Assembly: GCF_006345805.1 (NCBI RefSeq)
Contig: NC_042997.1
Location: 6,014,001-6,078,000, forward strand
Direction of reading: 5' to 3'
DNA length: 64,000 nucleotides
Source of the DNA: Octopus sinensis
Lineage: Eukaryota
The position numbers were made by a program, and so were the translations under genes. The notes below the pieces were generated by a model. That model searched no databases and had not been told where the DNA came from. It saw only the letters and a list, made by a program, of their open reading frames with translations. Numbering within the stretch: position 1 is the first letter of the stretch; the number at the start of each line of letters is the position of its first letter. Below, piece by piece: positions 13,117 to 25,706 of the stretch.

Positions 13117-13401
13117 AATAACCTTTGCACTTGATTTTTTAATGTCTCTACCCCCATATTTGCGTGAGTTGAATGAGCAAACACTATATGAAAGAGGTTT
13201 TCTTTAAGTATTAGAAATAGTTTTAAAAAAGTTTTTTTAGCTGCTATTTCTAATGAGTTCAGTATGCGGCAAAGTAATTTATTTTACTAAGCCCTTTTAT
13301 ATAATGTAATAATTTGAATTCGCCTTAAATGGTCCCTTTGCATACTGAATACTTGGTGAAATTGATTAATTAATTAATTTTCCCTCAATTGTTGAAATTA
13401 T

Positions 13402-13448
<47 letters not shown>

Positions 13449-13560
13449 TCAATAATAATAAGGGTAAAATTAATTAATTAGTAATTAATAATATTACCGA
13501 GCAGTGTTCAGTATGTAAAAAGACAAGTTACGGTATATTTAAATCATTACTCTATATAGT

Positions 13561-13699
<139 letters not shown>

Positions 13700-13709
13700 G
13701 TGTGTAGTT

Positions 13710-14195
13710 ATGGCATCGAAACGTTCCCGGACTAATTCGGTAGCACGCCAACAAATGCCAACGCGCTGTATGTAGTTGCGTGTGAAATGATAGGTAGGAG
13801 TAACCATTGTGAGTAGGTGTGCCGAATGACATCAATGTTTTTACTTCACAACTTGTAGATATTGGTATTATTGTGATCACATGTATGCTGTAATCTATGC
13901 TATTTGTCATGAACAGGAGGTTTGTCATGAGCAAAAAGCCATAGCGAATTTTGCGTTAAAATTATGAGGTCTGCTGCAGAGACTTTGAGCATGCTTCGCC
14001 AAGATTACAACGACGATACATTGGGTCATACGCATTGTTTCGAAGGGAACACGTGCACAACAATGCTTCAGTTCTATTAAAAACATCTTCAGTTTGTTTT
14101 CGTGAGCTGCAGTTTTGTCCATAGAGAATTGAGTGTTCCACTGTGACATTTTGAATCGGTTGAGGGATGACATTCGGCGAAAGCGACCGGATCGG
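13710..14195 (+). mobile_element. Internally deleted, decayed Tc1/mariner element
   Basis: TIR-like atggcatcgaaacgttcccggactaat. Translation FCVKIMRSAAETLSMLRQDYNDDTLGHTHCFE (mariner N-terminal HTH) is joined to HCDILNRLRDDIRRKRPD (DDD-domain segment). Confidence 0.8.
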
Positions 14196-14726
14196 TGAAT
14201 CGCGAAGTATTGGATGCTCCACTACGACAATGTATCCTCTCATCGTACTCTCCTACCTCGTGAGACTGAGAATAAAGCCATCTGGTTGGGAATCAAGATA
14301 CTTACCACACGGCCACGCCTACACCTTGTATATATATATATATATATATATTTCTGTTGGGAAAACAACCAACTAAGGGAGAGTATCAATCAAATATACT
14401 GCAGGTTGTGTGTCCAACTCTTCATACCCAAGTGCCTGTTACTGCGTGGCAATCTCGCAATTGAGTGCTATATATTGGCGGGGTTAAAAGTGGTTTACTC
14501 TTAATATATACGGCAAATAACGAAAGGGAAAGGATAAAAAAACATCATACATCAGGATGTAGACATTCTAATGTGTCTATTTATTCCAAAGTATTAGAAA
14601 ATATTGGAAGACTACATGCATATGTATGAATGCATTCTACTAATACTCTAGACATATTAGAATTTCTACCGGCTGATGTATATCGCTTTTGTATCCCTGC
14701 AATTTTCTTATTTGCTGTATGTATAT

Positions 14727-14763
<37 letters not shown>

Positions 14764-14996
14764 GTATATATATATATACATATACATACAAGAGAGTTTG
14801 TACGTGTTTGTGTGTGTGCGTGTGTTCCTTATGCATTCCAAAACCAAGTTGATGATTTTGACGTACGGAGGATCAAAAGATTCGATAAGATTTTGTTTAC
14901 TGACTAAATTATATTTGGGTTCGCATATTTGCATTACAAAACTGTTTCGTTTAGTTATCTATCGTAAACGATATCTTTTACCACCACCACTACCTA

Positions 14997-15225
14997 TTTC
15001 TTTATTACCCACAAGGGGCTAAACACAGAGGGGACAAACAAGGACAGACATAGGTATTAAGTCGATTACATCGACCCCAGTGCGTAACTGGTACTTAATT
15101 TATCGACCCCGAAAGGATGAAAGGCAAAGTCGACTTCGGCGGAATTTGAACTCACAACGTAACGGCAGACGAAATACCGCTAAGCATTTCGCCCGGCGTG
15201 CTAACGTTTCCGCCAGCTCGCCGCC
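14997..15225 (-). mobile_element. Full-length tRNA-derived SINE with Meta-type central domain
   Basis: Minus strand: ggcggcgagctggcggaaacgttagc (A-box like), gagttcaaattcc (B-box), gcctttcatcctttcggggtcgataaa..agtaccag central domain. Little decay. Confidence 0.88.
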
Positions 15226-15368
15226 ACTACCATCATCACAAAGGTGATGACGTCACATTTTTATATGAGTGTGTTCGCGCGTTTGTTACATACATTACGC
15301 CAATAAATGACAAGTATGTGTGTGACGGTATATGTATCTGTCAGTATACATGCATTTTTGTGATGACT

Positions 15369-15419
<51 letters not shown>

Positions 15420-17509
15420 CTAAAGACACCCACACAGAGGAACAGAGATAGGCTTGAAGTGTGCGTTAATGCATGTTTTTGTGTGTGTCTTAGTATATGT
15501 ATGTGACTTTATCACCACCTCATCCTGACCTGAACCTCACCCAGCAGTTGCAATTAGTTTCAGATTTTCAATTTGAACTAAAATAACAACGTGTGTCTTC
15601 ACGACTGACCATGAATATAGTCGCTGCGTGAGTTATTACGAAACATGTATATTATCTATCTACCAAATAAACTATGTTTTTCACTCAACAACACTATATT
15701 ACAACTAAAATAAACCTGGCAACTTCGTTGGGTACACAGTTTTGAGGTTATTTTCGAACAATATATCTATTTGCTTCTAAAGTCTTAATTTTGTCCGATG
15801 TTGCATGCATGCGTATAATTCTACCGAGACAAATACTTCTTAGATTGTACACGCAAAAATTGTATTAAAAGAATACATAACCAAAAAAAATGCATTTAAA
15901 GACATGCCTTTCTCTATATGTTATGAGAAAATACAGTCACTCTCTCCTCCTCTCTCTCTCTCTCACTCTCTCTCACGCACAAAAATATATAAGTATATAT
16001 AGTTATGGGCAAAGATAAAGAATACGCAGACCCGGTGTTTAGGGTTAAGTTTACGCCGAAAACGGGTCGTGTACGTACTCTTTACCATGCACGTGTTCAT
16101 GAAAGATAATGAGTGAAAGAGTGAGAGAAAGGGAGAGATAGAGACTGAGTGCCACTTACACATACATGCAAAAACATTCATACATCACAACACACACCTT
16201 CACTCACTCACTCACTCTCTCTCTCTCTCACACACACATCTTCCACATTCTCCACTCTTTTACTTCTCTCTCTCTCTCTCTCTCTCTCTTCTCACTTCAA
16301 AGCAAATGTCACCTATTCACTTTATCCTCTCTTTCAATATATGCTCTTTTGAAAGCACAAACAATTTTTTTGAAGTTACAGTAATTAACAAATAATCATA
16401 TGTCCCCATATATCGAGTTGATAACTTTGGTTCTGCAATCGAAAGGGTGCCATCAAATAACTTCCTTTGACACACACAGGCACATACACGCACACATACA
16501 CACACTAAGTAAAACGTTTCTGCGAATTGTGATATTTCTTTCATAGTGCACGCGCAAATTTGAAGCTCAAATCCCATTAAAATGATCTTTTTCTATTGTG
16601 TAATTTTGTTTGCAATGAGCGATATAAACTTAAAAGGAAGTTTTCCCAGAAATCCTGTCCTTTACCTTTACTTTCTAGCATGTCCGAGGTGATATTTCCG
16701 CTCCTTCGCCTTATCTTTTTCCTAAATTTCTCTATCTTCCTATATTTGTGATACAGGAGACCAGGAATTCACCCACAAAACACGTTCTCAATATTTTCAT
16801 TTTCTCCCTCACCACACTAACTTTTCTCAAATATATTTTTCTTGGAGAAAAAATCAGAGAGTACGAATCATTAAGTATTTTTTCATCACATCATGGGTTT
16901 CAAAAATCTACACAGCCTCAATGTTTCACATTTAGTTGTTTGGAAAGCGGAGAAGTTTCTTCGGAAATAATGTCGTTTAGTTCTTGTTTCTGACACGTCG
17001 TGTTTTGTGGTAGTGGTCTGGTATTTTTTAAGCTGACTATTTTAATAGAATTCTAAGTATGCGCAGAATATAAGATAAAAGTGAAAGATTAGGAGACTTA
17101 GATTTTTGAATGCGGGTAGATGATAGGTGCGCAGGTAAGGGAAGATGCATTGAGTTTTCTCTACGAAAAATTAAACTATAAATACATAGATATCTTTGTA
17201 TTTTTCTGCGTCTATAAAAAAAATCGAAAAATTTACAAATTAAGAAATTGCGGTGGTAGTGGGAGAACATTAGAATTTTCAAAGCCAGATTTCTCGACAA
17301 AATCGCATTAACTCCCCTTTATACGAAGAAACAATACATAGTTTGTGATACTTCTTAAGAACAGAAAGCACTTTCATTCAACCCCAAGCAAATTGTACCC
17401 TCCCACTTCATTTCTAAACAAACAATAACTTCCATTATGCCATTAACTACATATTCGTGCCGATTCTGCTCATAAGAAAGGAGCAAATAATATAATGTGC
17501 CTGCTGGTC

Positions 17510-17544
17510 ATATCACCCAGGCAACGCCGGGATGCATTGCTAGT
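17510..17544 (+). mobile_element. Helitron-type 3' terminus
   Basis: GC hairpin ccc-a-ggc-aac-gcc-ggg, then 8 nt, then CTAG (17540-17543) followed by T. The 5' TC end was not located. Confidence 0.6.
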
Positions 17545-19118
17545 GTGTATGTGTGTGTATATATATATAATTATATATATATGTGTGTATCTAATATCTA
17601 TAAAATTTTAGTTTGTGTGTGTGTTTGCGTGTGTGTGTGTGTGTGTATGTATAATTAACTAATTATATATATGGGGAGAGATAGAGAGCGAGAAAGAGAG
17701 AGAGATAACAAAACGCAATAGAAGACATAACATACGGACACATAGACGATACAAAGACGGACAACAAAAGCAAAAAATACAAATATGTATATATATATAC
17801 ATACATACATACATACATACATACATACATACATACATACATACATACATACACGCACATATAATGAAAGAGAAAGAAAAAGAGAGTGAGGCGAACATAC
17901 AGTATATTTGGTTTCTGAGAATAAATATTCCAATGCTTTATTTTTTTTATTTATGCCTCCTACTATCATACCTTAGCTGCTGTGAATCCTGGAATACGAC
18001 AAACTTCACGTAACTTTATACCACTGACACATTCAGGAAAAATTTTATATTGTTTTGTGTGCAAATTTTGTGTACGCACTTTGGAGATGCTGAATAATTT
18101 CGTCCCTTTTGCACTGTTTCTGCGTCAATTGTATGCCTGATTTTATCAGTATGCTTTTATTAATTTCCTAAATCAAACTCCATTCTGCACCAAGTCCCAC
18201 ATACTGGAGGTGGCTCTCAGTAATAACAGTGTAGCAAAACGCCGGTGCATCATCATGGCTACAGCTCTGAGCTAAATCTAGAACTTCCTGAAGTTTGTTT
18301 CATGAATTTTCTGTGTAAGTCAATTTTTACATATTTTTTCCCCGTTTATTTTCCTTCTGTTCTTCAATCGTCTTAGTATTCCTAACACCTTGTGTAAATT
18401 TTTGTTGTTTGTTGTTTTTTAACGCACTTTACAGGGGGTCATTTCCTGTGCCATCGTTCCGCGAAAAAAAAAGGTTCCTTTATAGAATTTGTCGAATTCA
18501 ATCATTTCTTAACAAAAACTGTAATGTTAGCTCAAAACTACCTTTGCAATTTATAATAAGCGTATTCTACGCTATGACAGAGCATGAAAAAAATTATCTG
18601 CCATACATTTGAGGGTAATATATATTTGACTTGAATTCCAACCTATAAAATTCTATTTCTACTTCTCAGGGTTAATCATATGAAATATCGTCGCTTATTT
18701 GTTTTGAATGATGTTTTCTGTCTTTCGTTATACCTTTAAGTGTTTCTATGTATCTGGACCGGTCATTTACCTTATTTTAGGAAAAGAATTGTAGAATATC
18801 ATTCACAGCATCCATAAATTTAGAATTGGGGTTTCATGTGGTTGAAGTTATGTAATTAACCATCGTAAATATGGTATCGGTTTTGATTTGATTTCATGTT
18901 ATTGCTTTTACCTCATATTGATTAAAACATACGCCGACAATTTTACTTGCCTATTCCGTTTATACTGCTTATCTATTTTTATTTTGCACATACTTCTATA
19001 TTAAAAGTTTCATTTTCGAAAGTATTCTCCACCAGGTATTTTAGTTGTCTAATTCGTGTATTTTATACTGAATTGTCTCCTCTCAAATTTATAATCAAGT
19101 TACAGACACCCACACACA

Positions 19119-19151
<33 letters not shown>

Positions 19152-19249
19152 CACACATATATATATATACATTTATATACCTCAAGGTATGAGGTGCAAA
19201 TGAGGGTAGCTACATCAAACTCCATTCTTCACCAAGTGCCACATATTCG

Positions 19250-19605
19250 TCCATTTTTGCAGAGCTTCTGACTCTCAAAATATTTTATATGACTCATTGC
19301 CTCGTCGCCAAAAGCTTGCCAAAACATGTTCAATATCTGTGTAGCTTATCTTCCCAAATCCAAGGCAACATTTCGTGTTGCCTCTATGTTCCAACTTCCT
19401 GTCCATGACAAAAACATAGACTACAGTATACACGCAATCACAAAAACACACCTTTCACAACTCGCGAAGTAAACACAGTGATGTCACTCGGTACACTGCC
19501 TTGTGAAAGTCACTGCTAGTTCACCCTACACATGCAACTGTGTCCTGTCATCTGTTGGCACTGTGCAGAGGTAGTCCTGGAACCTTTTGATACCATCTTC
19601 CTATA
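19250..19605 (-). mobile_element. Tc1/mariner 5' fragment (same family as 13710-14195)
   Basis: TIR atggtatcaaaaggttccaggacta. ATG at 19406 gives MDRKLEHR, then frameshifted GKISY / AFGDEAMSH motifs of the mariner HTH. Confidence 0.72.
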
Positions 19606-19693
19606 TGTATATATTTTTAAAATTTGTGTACAGATTTTATAGATCAAGAAAAAGGAGGTAGTCAAAATTTTGGAAGATTGTTTATTTAACTTT

Positions 19694-19722
19694 TTTGACT
19701 CGTTTCAGAGATTCATCAGAAA
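19694..19722 (-). ncRNA. Minimal hammerhead-like motif
   Basis: Minus strand TTT-CTGATGA-ATCTCT-GAAAC-GA-GTC-AAA: complete core, 1-bp helix II, near-palindromic helix III, 3-bp A-U helix I. Confidence 0.5.
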
Positions 19723-20406
19723 TGATTTTGTTAGAGAAATTTTGTAACTTTCACATATATATATAACACTTAGTTGAAAAAAATCTGGAGTTGAATTAGG
19801 AAGAGAACATTCTTTATTTTGAATAAGTGTGTGTGCGTGCGTATGTAAGGTGAATTTATGGAAGCTTGGTTAGAAGGAGAAACAATAGAAAAGCAAAGAA
19901 GGAGAAAAAAAAAGTAAGTACAAAGGAAGTGTAAAAATGGTTCTTTTTCTAAGACCGTTGAAACAGCATTGTATTTATTCGTCAGTTATATGCTTCCCAG
20001 CTGTAGAAAGGCGTCTTTTTTCTTAGATGGATGAACTTGATGACATTCATTGTATTCTTTTATTTTTTTTTTGTCAGTTGCTTTAACCAGCTGTAGAAAA
20101 AATCTGTATCAACCTTGTTTTGAAAGGCTATTAAATTTATGTGTATAAGCATATATGTGTTGCTCACTTAAGTGAATTTTTCGAGCTATTTTTATAATAG
20201 TATTGGAGTAATAACAGTGTAGCAAGGCAGCTATGTAAAAATTTAGATTCATATGAATATGGTACTTAAGTTGAAGGCACCATATATTAGTATGGTATTA
20301 TCCATATAATTTAAAATAAGGTGAGTAATATCAAAATAAGCAACAAGGCTATCCAGAAGTAATGCAACCTCAGATTTACCTCTAGATATCCCTGTTGATT
20401 ATTTTG

Positions 20407-20480
<74 letters not shown>

Positions 20481-20789
20481 TAAAAATTTTCAGTTTCCAA
20501 ATAAATCAGGTTTTTAAATAGTAAAGCTGAAAGGTCGGTTCACTGTTATCACCCCATGTATGTCACAACGTTAAAGGGAAATATACGTGCATGCAGAGAT
20601 AAAGACAGTTTTTTTATATACCAATTGTATGTACGATCATAAGCGTCCGGCTGAATATACCACGTGTCTCAAGGATGCTCAGAAGTAAAAATACTACACC
20701 ATTGTACTACACTCAATAGACTCCAGATCCGCGCTAATTGCAGGCTCCTTTTAAGGTGAATAATAAGTAAATGACAAAAGATAGATAGT

Positions 20790-21030
20790 AATTCACTCAC
20801 TACAATTGCTTCAGACGTATTGATGAATAGATTTGTTACATCAGTTGTCAAAGAAAACACTTGACCAAGTGAATTTATGGTATTCATGAAATGTCACATA
20901 CTCGGATTCATTTGAATGTCTTCTTTTAATGTTTAAATAGTGTATACTAACCTGATGAAACCTTTTTATTTCACAGATCGTAATAATGCTATTAACCAAT
21001 AAAACGTGTCTGAAACAGATGTTGTGTGTG
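20790..21030. repeat. Old diverged inverted repeat with degenerate hammerhead (CTGATGA 20952 ... GAAACAGATGTT 21012-21023)
   Basis: tcactcactacaattgcttcagac is approximately the reverse complement of gtctgaaacagatgttgtgtgtga; further patchy similarity inward. Confidence 0.45.
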
Positions 21031-21056
21031 AAACGCTATTCATCAATTTTTACCTG

Positions 21057-21089
<33 letters not shown>

Positions 21090-21103
21090 ACACACGCACA
21101 CAC

Positions 21104-21162
<59 letters not shown>

Positions 21163-22374
21163 TATACATAAATTTGACAAATATTATTCAGTTACGCACG
21201 CAGATATACAAACACCCGCACCCACGCACACAAACTCACACTCAGATATATGTGTGGTTGCGTTTGTAGATTTCTGTATGTTTGATTACAAGTCAAATAT
21301 ATTTGTAAATTTTAGTCTCATCTTTTCGCTCGGCATAGAAAGTAACAAGAATTGTTGTTTTATGTGTTAAAATAATTGTCAAATATTTACAGTCAAAACA
21401 ACGCTTTATATTCCAATGTCATAGCAAACAAACATATAATGGCAACTAACAAAATCAGAGTCTTTTAGGCTATCTATCATCAGGTTTGTCTTGAATAGTT
21501 AGAATAATAAACAAGAAGAACTATATGATTATCATACGTAAAATAAACGCAATTTTTCTTCAATAATCCCCCAAACTATTTTAATCCTATTCAGACATTC
21601 GAGAAGCTTAGAGTTTTAGAAATATCAAAAATATGTTTTCCAGAATAATATAAAAAAATATTATGCTAACGATTTGAATATTGAATCTTAAAGAGAATTT
21701 TTTTCTATATGATTTGCTTTCTGTTCTGTAATCGTAATCCTATTTAATCTTAAATAATTGAATTTGATTTTCTTTTTCAAAACTACTTCCTTTACTTTAA
21801 AGAGCCATATTGGATTTCTCATAATTCCGTGTAATCGTATTTCATTCTTTTAACTAACTGGTTTAACAATAATATTTAAAATCGGCAATCCTATGTTGCA
21901 AATAACAGTTTTGTAATAATAACTAATTTTAGTGAGGTAAAATATATTTATTCATAATATGAATTATATTCAATAGACTCAAGGGTATTTAAAGAGCTGG
22001 TTATAACTAAATAAATTGACTCCGATATTTAGCAATCAACTATATAGTGACGAATCAATTATTAAATAATCTAATCAGGAATACATCATTTAACCTATTT
22101 GCAGTAGATCTTAAGCCTTATGTTGCTTTCAACATATATGTGTGTGTGCGCGCAAATGAGTGTGTGCGTGTGTGTGTGAGTGTACATGTGCGCGGGTTTC
22201 TATACATGCATTTATGTGCATATATATGTATATATGTATGAATGCATGTACAGTAAAATAAATGGACCATATGCTATTACCAGCAAAGCATGGTGCATAT
22301 TTTCTAAACTGAGATATATTGTGTCAGTATAGTCAACAAATATAGAAAACGGTATATGTTTAACTACATATACT

Positions 22375-22445
<71 letters not shown>

Positions 22446-23399
22446 AATATATACAGAGAGAAAGAGAGAGGTGTGTGAGTATATTTCGATCCGCTTGTGT
22501 AGTTTTCTGTGTCCATGTGTTTGTTTGTGCGTGCTTGTGTGTTTCGTCTCGATGTATGTACATAGCTATGTATGTATATCAATAGTCAAAATATGAATAA
22601 AACAATTTTGTATGGCATTACAGGAATGTTGTCACATAAAGACAACTTTGTGGAGATAAATACAAATTTTGGGCAAGAATATGCATATCTGCTGGAATAA
22701 TACACATGTATGGGGTAAACTAGATTTTGAATTTTTCGAAACAGCTGTTAGATTCTATCAACAAATATGTTTCCTTTTCCAAAAATCTATTTATATTTAT
22801 AATACATCTTTGTAATTGTTCTAATGCCGTATATAAATAAATAAATAATGCCATTCCTGAACACTTCATTCAACGCACGTTCTTTATTGTTTTTATTGTT
22901 TCTGTAAAAACTGTTTCATTGCACTACAACAGTGCATATGTTTTAAGCATTATTTTCTCTGTAAATTACTATTAACCGATTGCTTAATGCCTTCAAGATT
23001 GCATACGTTTCATTTAATTTGATAAACTCTCAAAATATTGGCTGTGTGTGAATAATCGTCTCATTTGAATTGTACTGGTACAAATATTTGCATATATGTA
23101 AGGATATATATATATATAAAAAGTTAACTAAATGTCATTTCATACCAGCCCAGGATTGACAAATTGGTATTCTATATACAAATAATATTTAGGATGGATC
23201 AATTGCTATTTTATTGTTTGGCGCACTCATCTAAATAACTTCCGCTCGAGATTGGTATCAGTTTCCAATTAGGAATCATCATAATGGTTGGATATATATA
23301 TAATTATATATATTCGGTATAGCGAATGTTCAATTCCAAAACCCCAAAAACCTCAAAAATGTTTAAAACATAGAAAAATATAGATATCTATCAGTCGCA

Positions 23400-23590
23400 G
23401 GAAGCGGCGATATACTGAGGTTTCCACGATATACTGAGGATTCTACGATATAAATTTATATATATTAGCCAGAAAAATACGTGATGTACTTAGTGCGTGA
23501 TAAGTGAACCGCGATATACTGAGAATGCGATAAGTGAACCATGAAATACTGAGTGCACGATAGTTGAACTGCGGGTTACTTTAATACTAG
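23400..23590. mobile_element. Pogo/Tigger-like MITE remnant with subterminal short repeats
   Basis: Repeated cgatatactgag and gataagtgaaccgcgatata motifs (5-6 variants). Confidence 0.45.
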
Positions 23591-24068
23591 GTATATGCCA
23601 TATCAAATGTAATATGATCTATTAAATATAATATAATATTTAATGATTTTAAGAATTATTAGATTTACCTGGATGATCAAAATCAATATTTAAAAAATAC
23701 TGTAAAGTATTATTATTATTATAATATATATATATAAGAAAATAAAAACGGAAAATACGCACACTTACATGGTTATTGTATAATTTTTAATGTATCGACC
23801 GGTTTCGCAATCGCTATTCATGATACAATGTTTAATTTATATGAAAATATATTTTTCCTAAGAAGAAAATGAGTCCATGTTATTTCTAATGAAATTCCCG
23901 AGTGAATGATATTACAAGTTGACAAGTCAAAGGAGGTAATTGGTTGTTATTATTGTTATTGTTGTGTGTAAGGGAGATAACTGTTAGGTTTTGGGTGGCG
24001 AATAAATATGTGTACATTAGTAGTGGATTTATGTACAGTGATGTAATATGTAAAAATATAAAAATTTG

Positions 24069-24241
24069 TTATGCGTGCTTATTAAGACGCGTTTTGTATT
24101 TTTCAATAAAGAAAGTTTCTTTATTTAAGCGTTCTAGTTGAGAGATTGTCTCTTTGCACTGGTAGAAAGAGAAGACTGTAAAATTTGGTATTCTATGTGT
24201 TCACTAAGAGGAATTTGTTTGTATTGCGGGAAACGGATTTC
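24069..24241 (-). pseudogene. PLE GIY-YIG endonuclease C-terminal fragment
   Basis: EIRFPQYKQIPLSEHIE, then a frameshift, then FTVFSFYQCKETISQLERLNKETFFIEKYKTRLNKHA* (stop 24071-24069); matches the PLE EN C-terminal E..FI.K..P.LN pattern. Confidence 0.8.
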
Positions 24242-24305
24242 ATTAGAAACAACATGGACCCATCTTCTTCTTAAGAAAAATATATTTTCATATAAATTAA
24301 ACATT

Positions 24306-24340
24306 GTATCATGAATAGCGATTGCGAAACCGGTCGATAC
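24306..24340 (+). ncRNA. Degenerate minimal hammerhead (mirror copy at 23792-23826, minus strand)
   Basis: GTATC-ATGAATA-GC-GATT-GC-GAAAC-CG-GTC-GATAC: 5-bp helix I and palindromic helix III, but the core reads ATGAATA instead of CTGANGA. Confidence 0.6.
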
Positions 24341-24528
24341 GTTAAAAAATTATACAATAACCATGTAATGTGCGTATTTTCCGTTTTTATCTTCTTATAT
24401 ACATTACAATCCACCACGTGGGGACAACGGATATTTCCCCTTTTCTGTTACTACTATATATATATATATTGTTAGAAATTGTGTTTAATATGTAGAACGC
24501 TGTATATAAACATGTTCAAATAGTAATG

Positions 24529-25000
24529 CGTGACCTGGGATCCACATGGGTCATGATCCAAAATTCCATGTGCATATTAGCAACAAGAAACACTGTGCAG
24601 ACGAGTAACTATAGGGAATTTTGGATCATTCAAAACCAGGCAAAAGGATACCATGGTAATTCTATGAAGAAATTTCCTTCACAATCTTCTGGATTACTGC
24701 TACTAAATGTAGTCACCACAGAGCGACAAACTGATGACAGAACTTGAGACAGTCAAACTCCACGACACAAAAACTGATTCGGTGAAACAGATGAACTACT
24801 GGGAGAGGCTACAGAAATAGACGCTCTACTCTCCAGAATGAAGGTGCTAAAGATACGCAGTGCTATACATATGGAAGACCTTCGAATGTCTAGCACTCTA
24901 ATTTGAAATTTAAATTTAAGCCATCCAGCGAACTGTACGGTACTGCATGCAGGTGAAGCTGCCGTCGTCTCAAGTAACGCAGCAGCTTGGGTTTCAAGGG
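24529..25000 (+). mobile_element. CR1-group LINE RT C-terminal fragment
   Basis: RDLG...LDYC..SPQSDKLMTELETV...VKQMNYWERLQK.TLYS...RYAVLYIWK (cf. LDYCSQLWSP, YWERLKxLxLYSLERRRERY); many stops. Confidence 0.85.
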
Positions 25001-25259
25001 CTTACAATTATTCATCATTCTGCTAAACAATATTAGAGATTAGCAAGGTGCAGATGTGGAGGTACAAAGTACGATTTCGCAAATTTTATATGAGATGTCA
25101 AATCAACCCTCATCACAAGAGTAGACTCAAACAACAGCAGCACTGTTTAATTCTTTATGTCACCAGAAAAAATAGAGGAAATAAACCTACTCCCACCGAT
25201 ACATGGTGAATCAACATCGCTTAAGCGGCGGGTTGAAACCAGTAAAAGATAAAAGTAGA

Positions 25260-25294
<35 letters not shown>

Positions 25295-25447
25295 GAAACA
25301 CACTCACACAAACATTTATATACACGCTAAGTTTTAGTGCTGTAGAATATATACGTAAAGATAGATATGTCTGGTCTATGGACTTATCCAGGGTTTTACA
25401 TCCATGAAGCGCTTAGATTTACACCGTTCCCTTGGACCCTACATTTT

Positions 25448-25527
25448 CCTAGCGAAATGCTTAGTGGATTTCGTGTGTCTTTTCGTTCCGAGTTCAAATT
25501 CCACCGAGGTCGATTTTACCTTTCGTA
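25448..25527 (+). mobile_element. SINE 5' fragment (family of 14997-15225)
   Basis: gcgaaatgcttagtgg.tttcgt...gagttcaaattccaccgaggtcga.tttacctttc. Confidence 0.7.
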
Positions 25528-25706
25528 TATGTTATTTTTTAAAATAAACTTAGCTTTAATATGCTTTTGAATTAAGTTAAGTTTAACTTATTATTAATTT
25601 TCTCTTTCATCTTTAACTTGCTTTCTGCTTTTTTGCTTTTCCTTTTCAGTAATCATCCTTTTCTTTTTTGTTGATTATTTAATCAGGCTAGTTCATTAAT
25701 ATTAAC

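Larger units (their letters stand above)
12130..13400 (+). repeat. Tandem array of a ~557-bp unit (about 2.3 copies), each full unit carrying a hammerhead
   Basis: gctatttctaatgagttcagtatgcggc starts at 12130, 12686 and 13243. Units differ almost only by 1-nt indels in base runs. The array ends in (TA)n at 13400. Confidence 0.96.
23731..24401 (-). mobile_element. Penelope-like element 3' end with inverted 5' copy (arms about 23731-23900 and 24237-24401)
   Basis: Arms are about 93% reverse-complementary. The spacer encodes the GIY-YIG C-terminus and both arms carry an HHR-like motif. Confidence 0.85.

Noticed and set aside
12420-13184. Duplicated 67-aa minus-strand ORFs
   Set aside because: Antisense to the hammerhead, different C-termini caused by a 1-nt indel, no homology recognised.
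18170-20230. Short dispersed matches (tcaaactccattct.caccaagt.ccacata at about 18174 and 19215; agtaataacagtgtagcaa at about 18219 and 20207)
   Set aside because: Most simply fragments of one decayed repeat family; too short to assign or to imply function.
23400-23590. Short repeats with variable spacers resembling a CRISPR array
   Set aside because: Eukaryotic context, irregular 12-26 bp degenerate repeats, no unique fixed-length spacers and no cas genes; better explained as pogo-like subterminal repeats.
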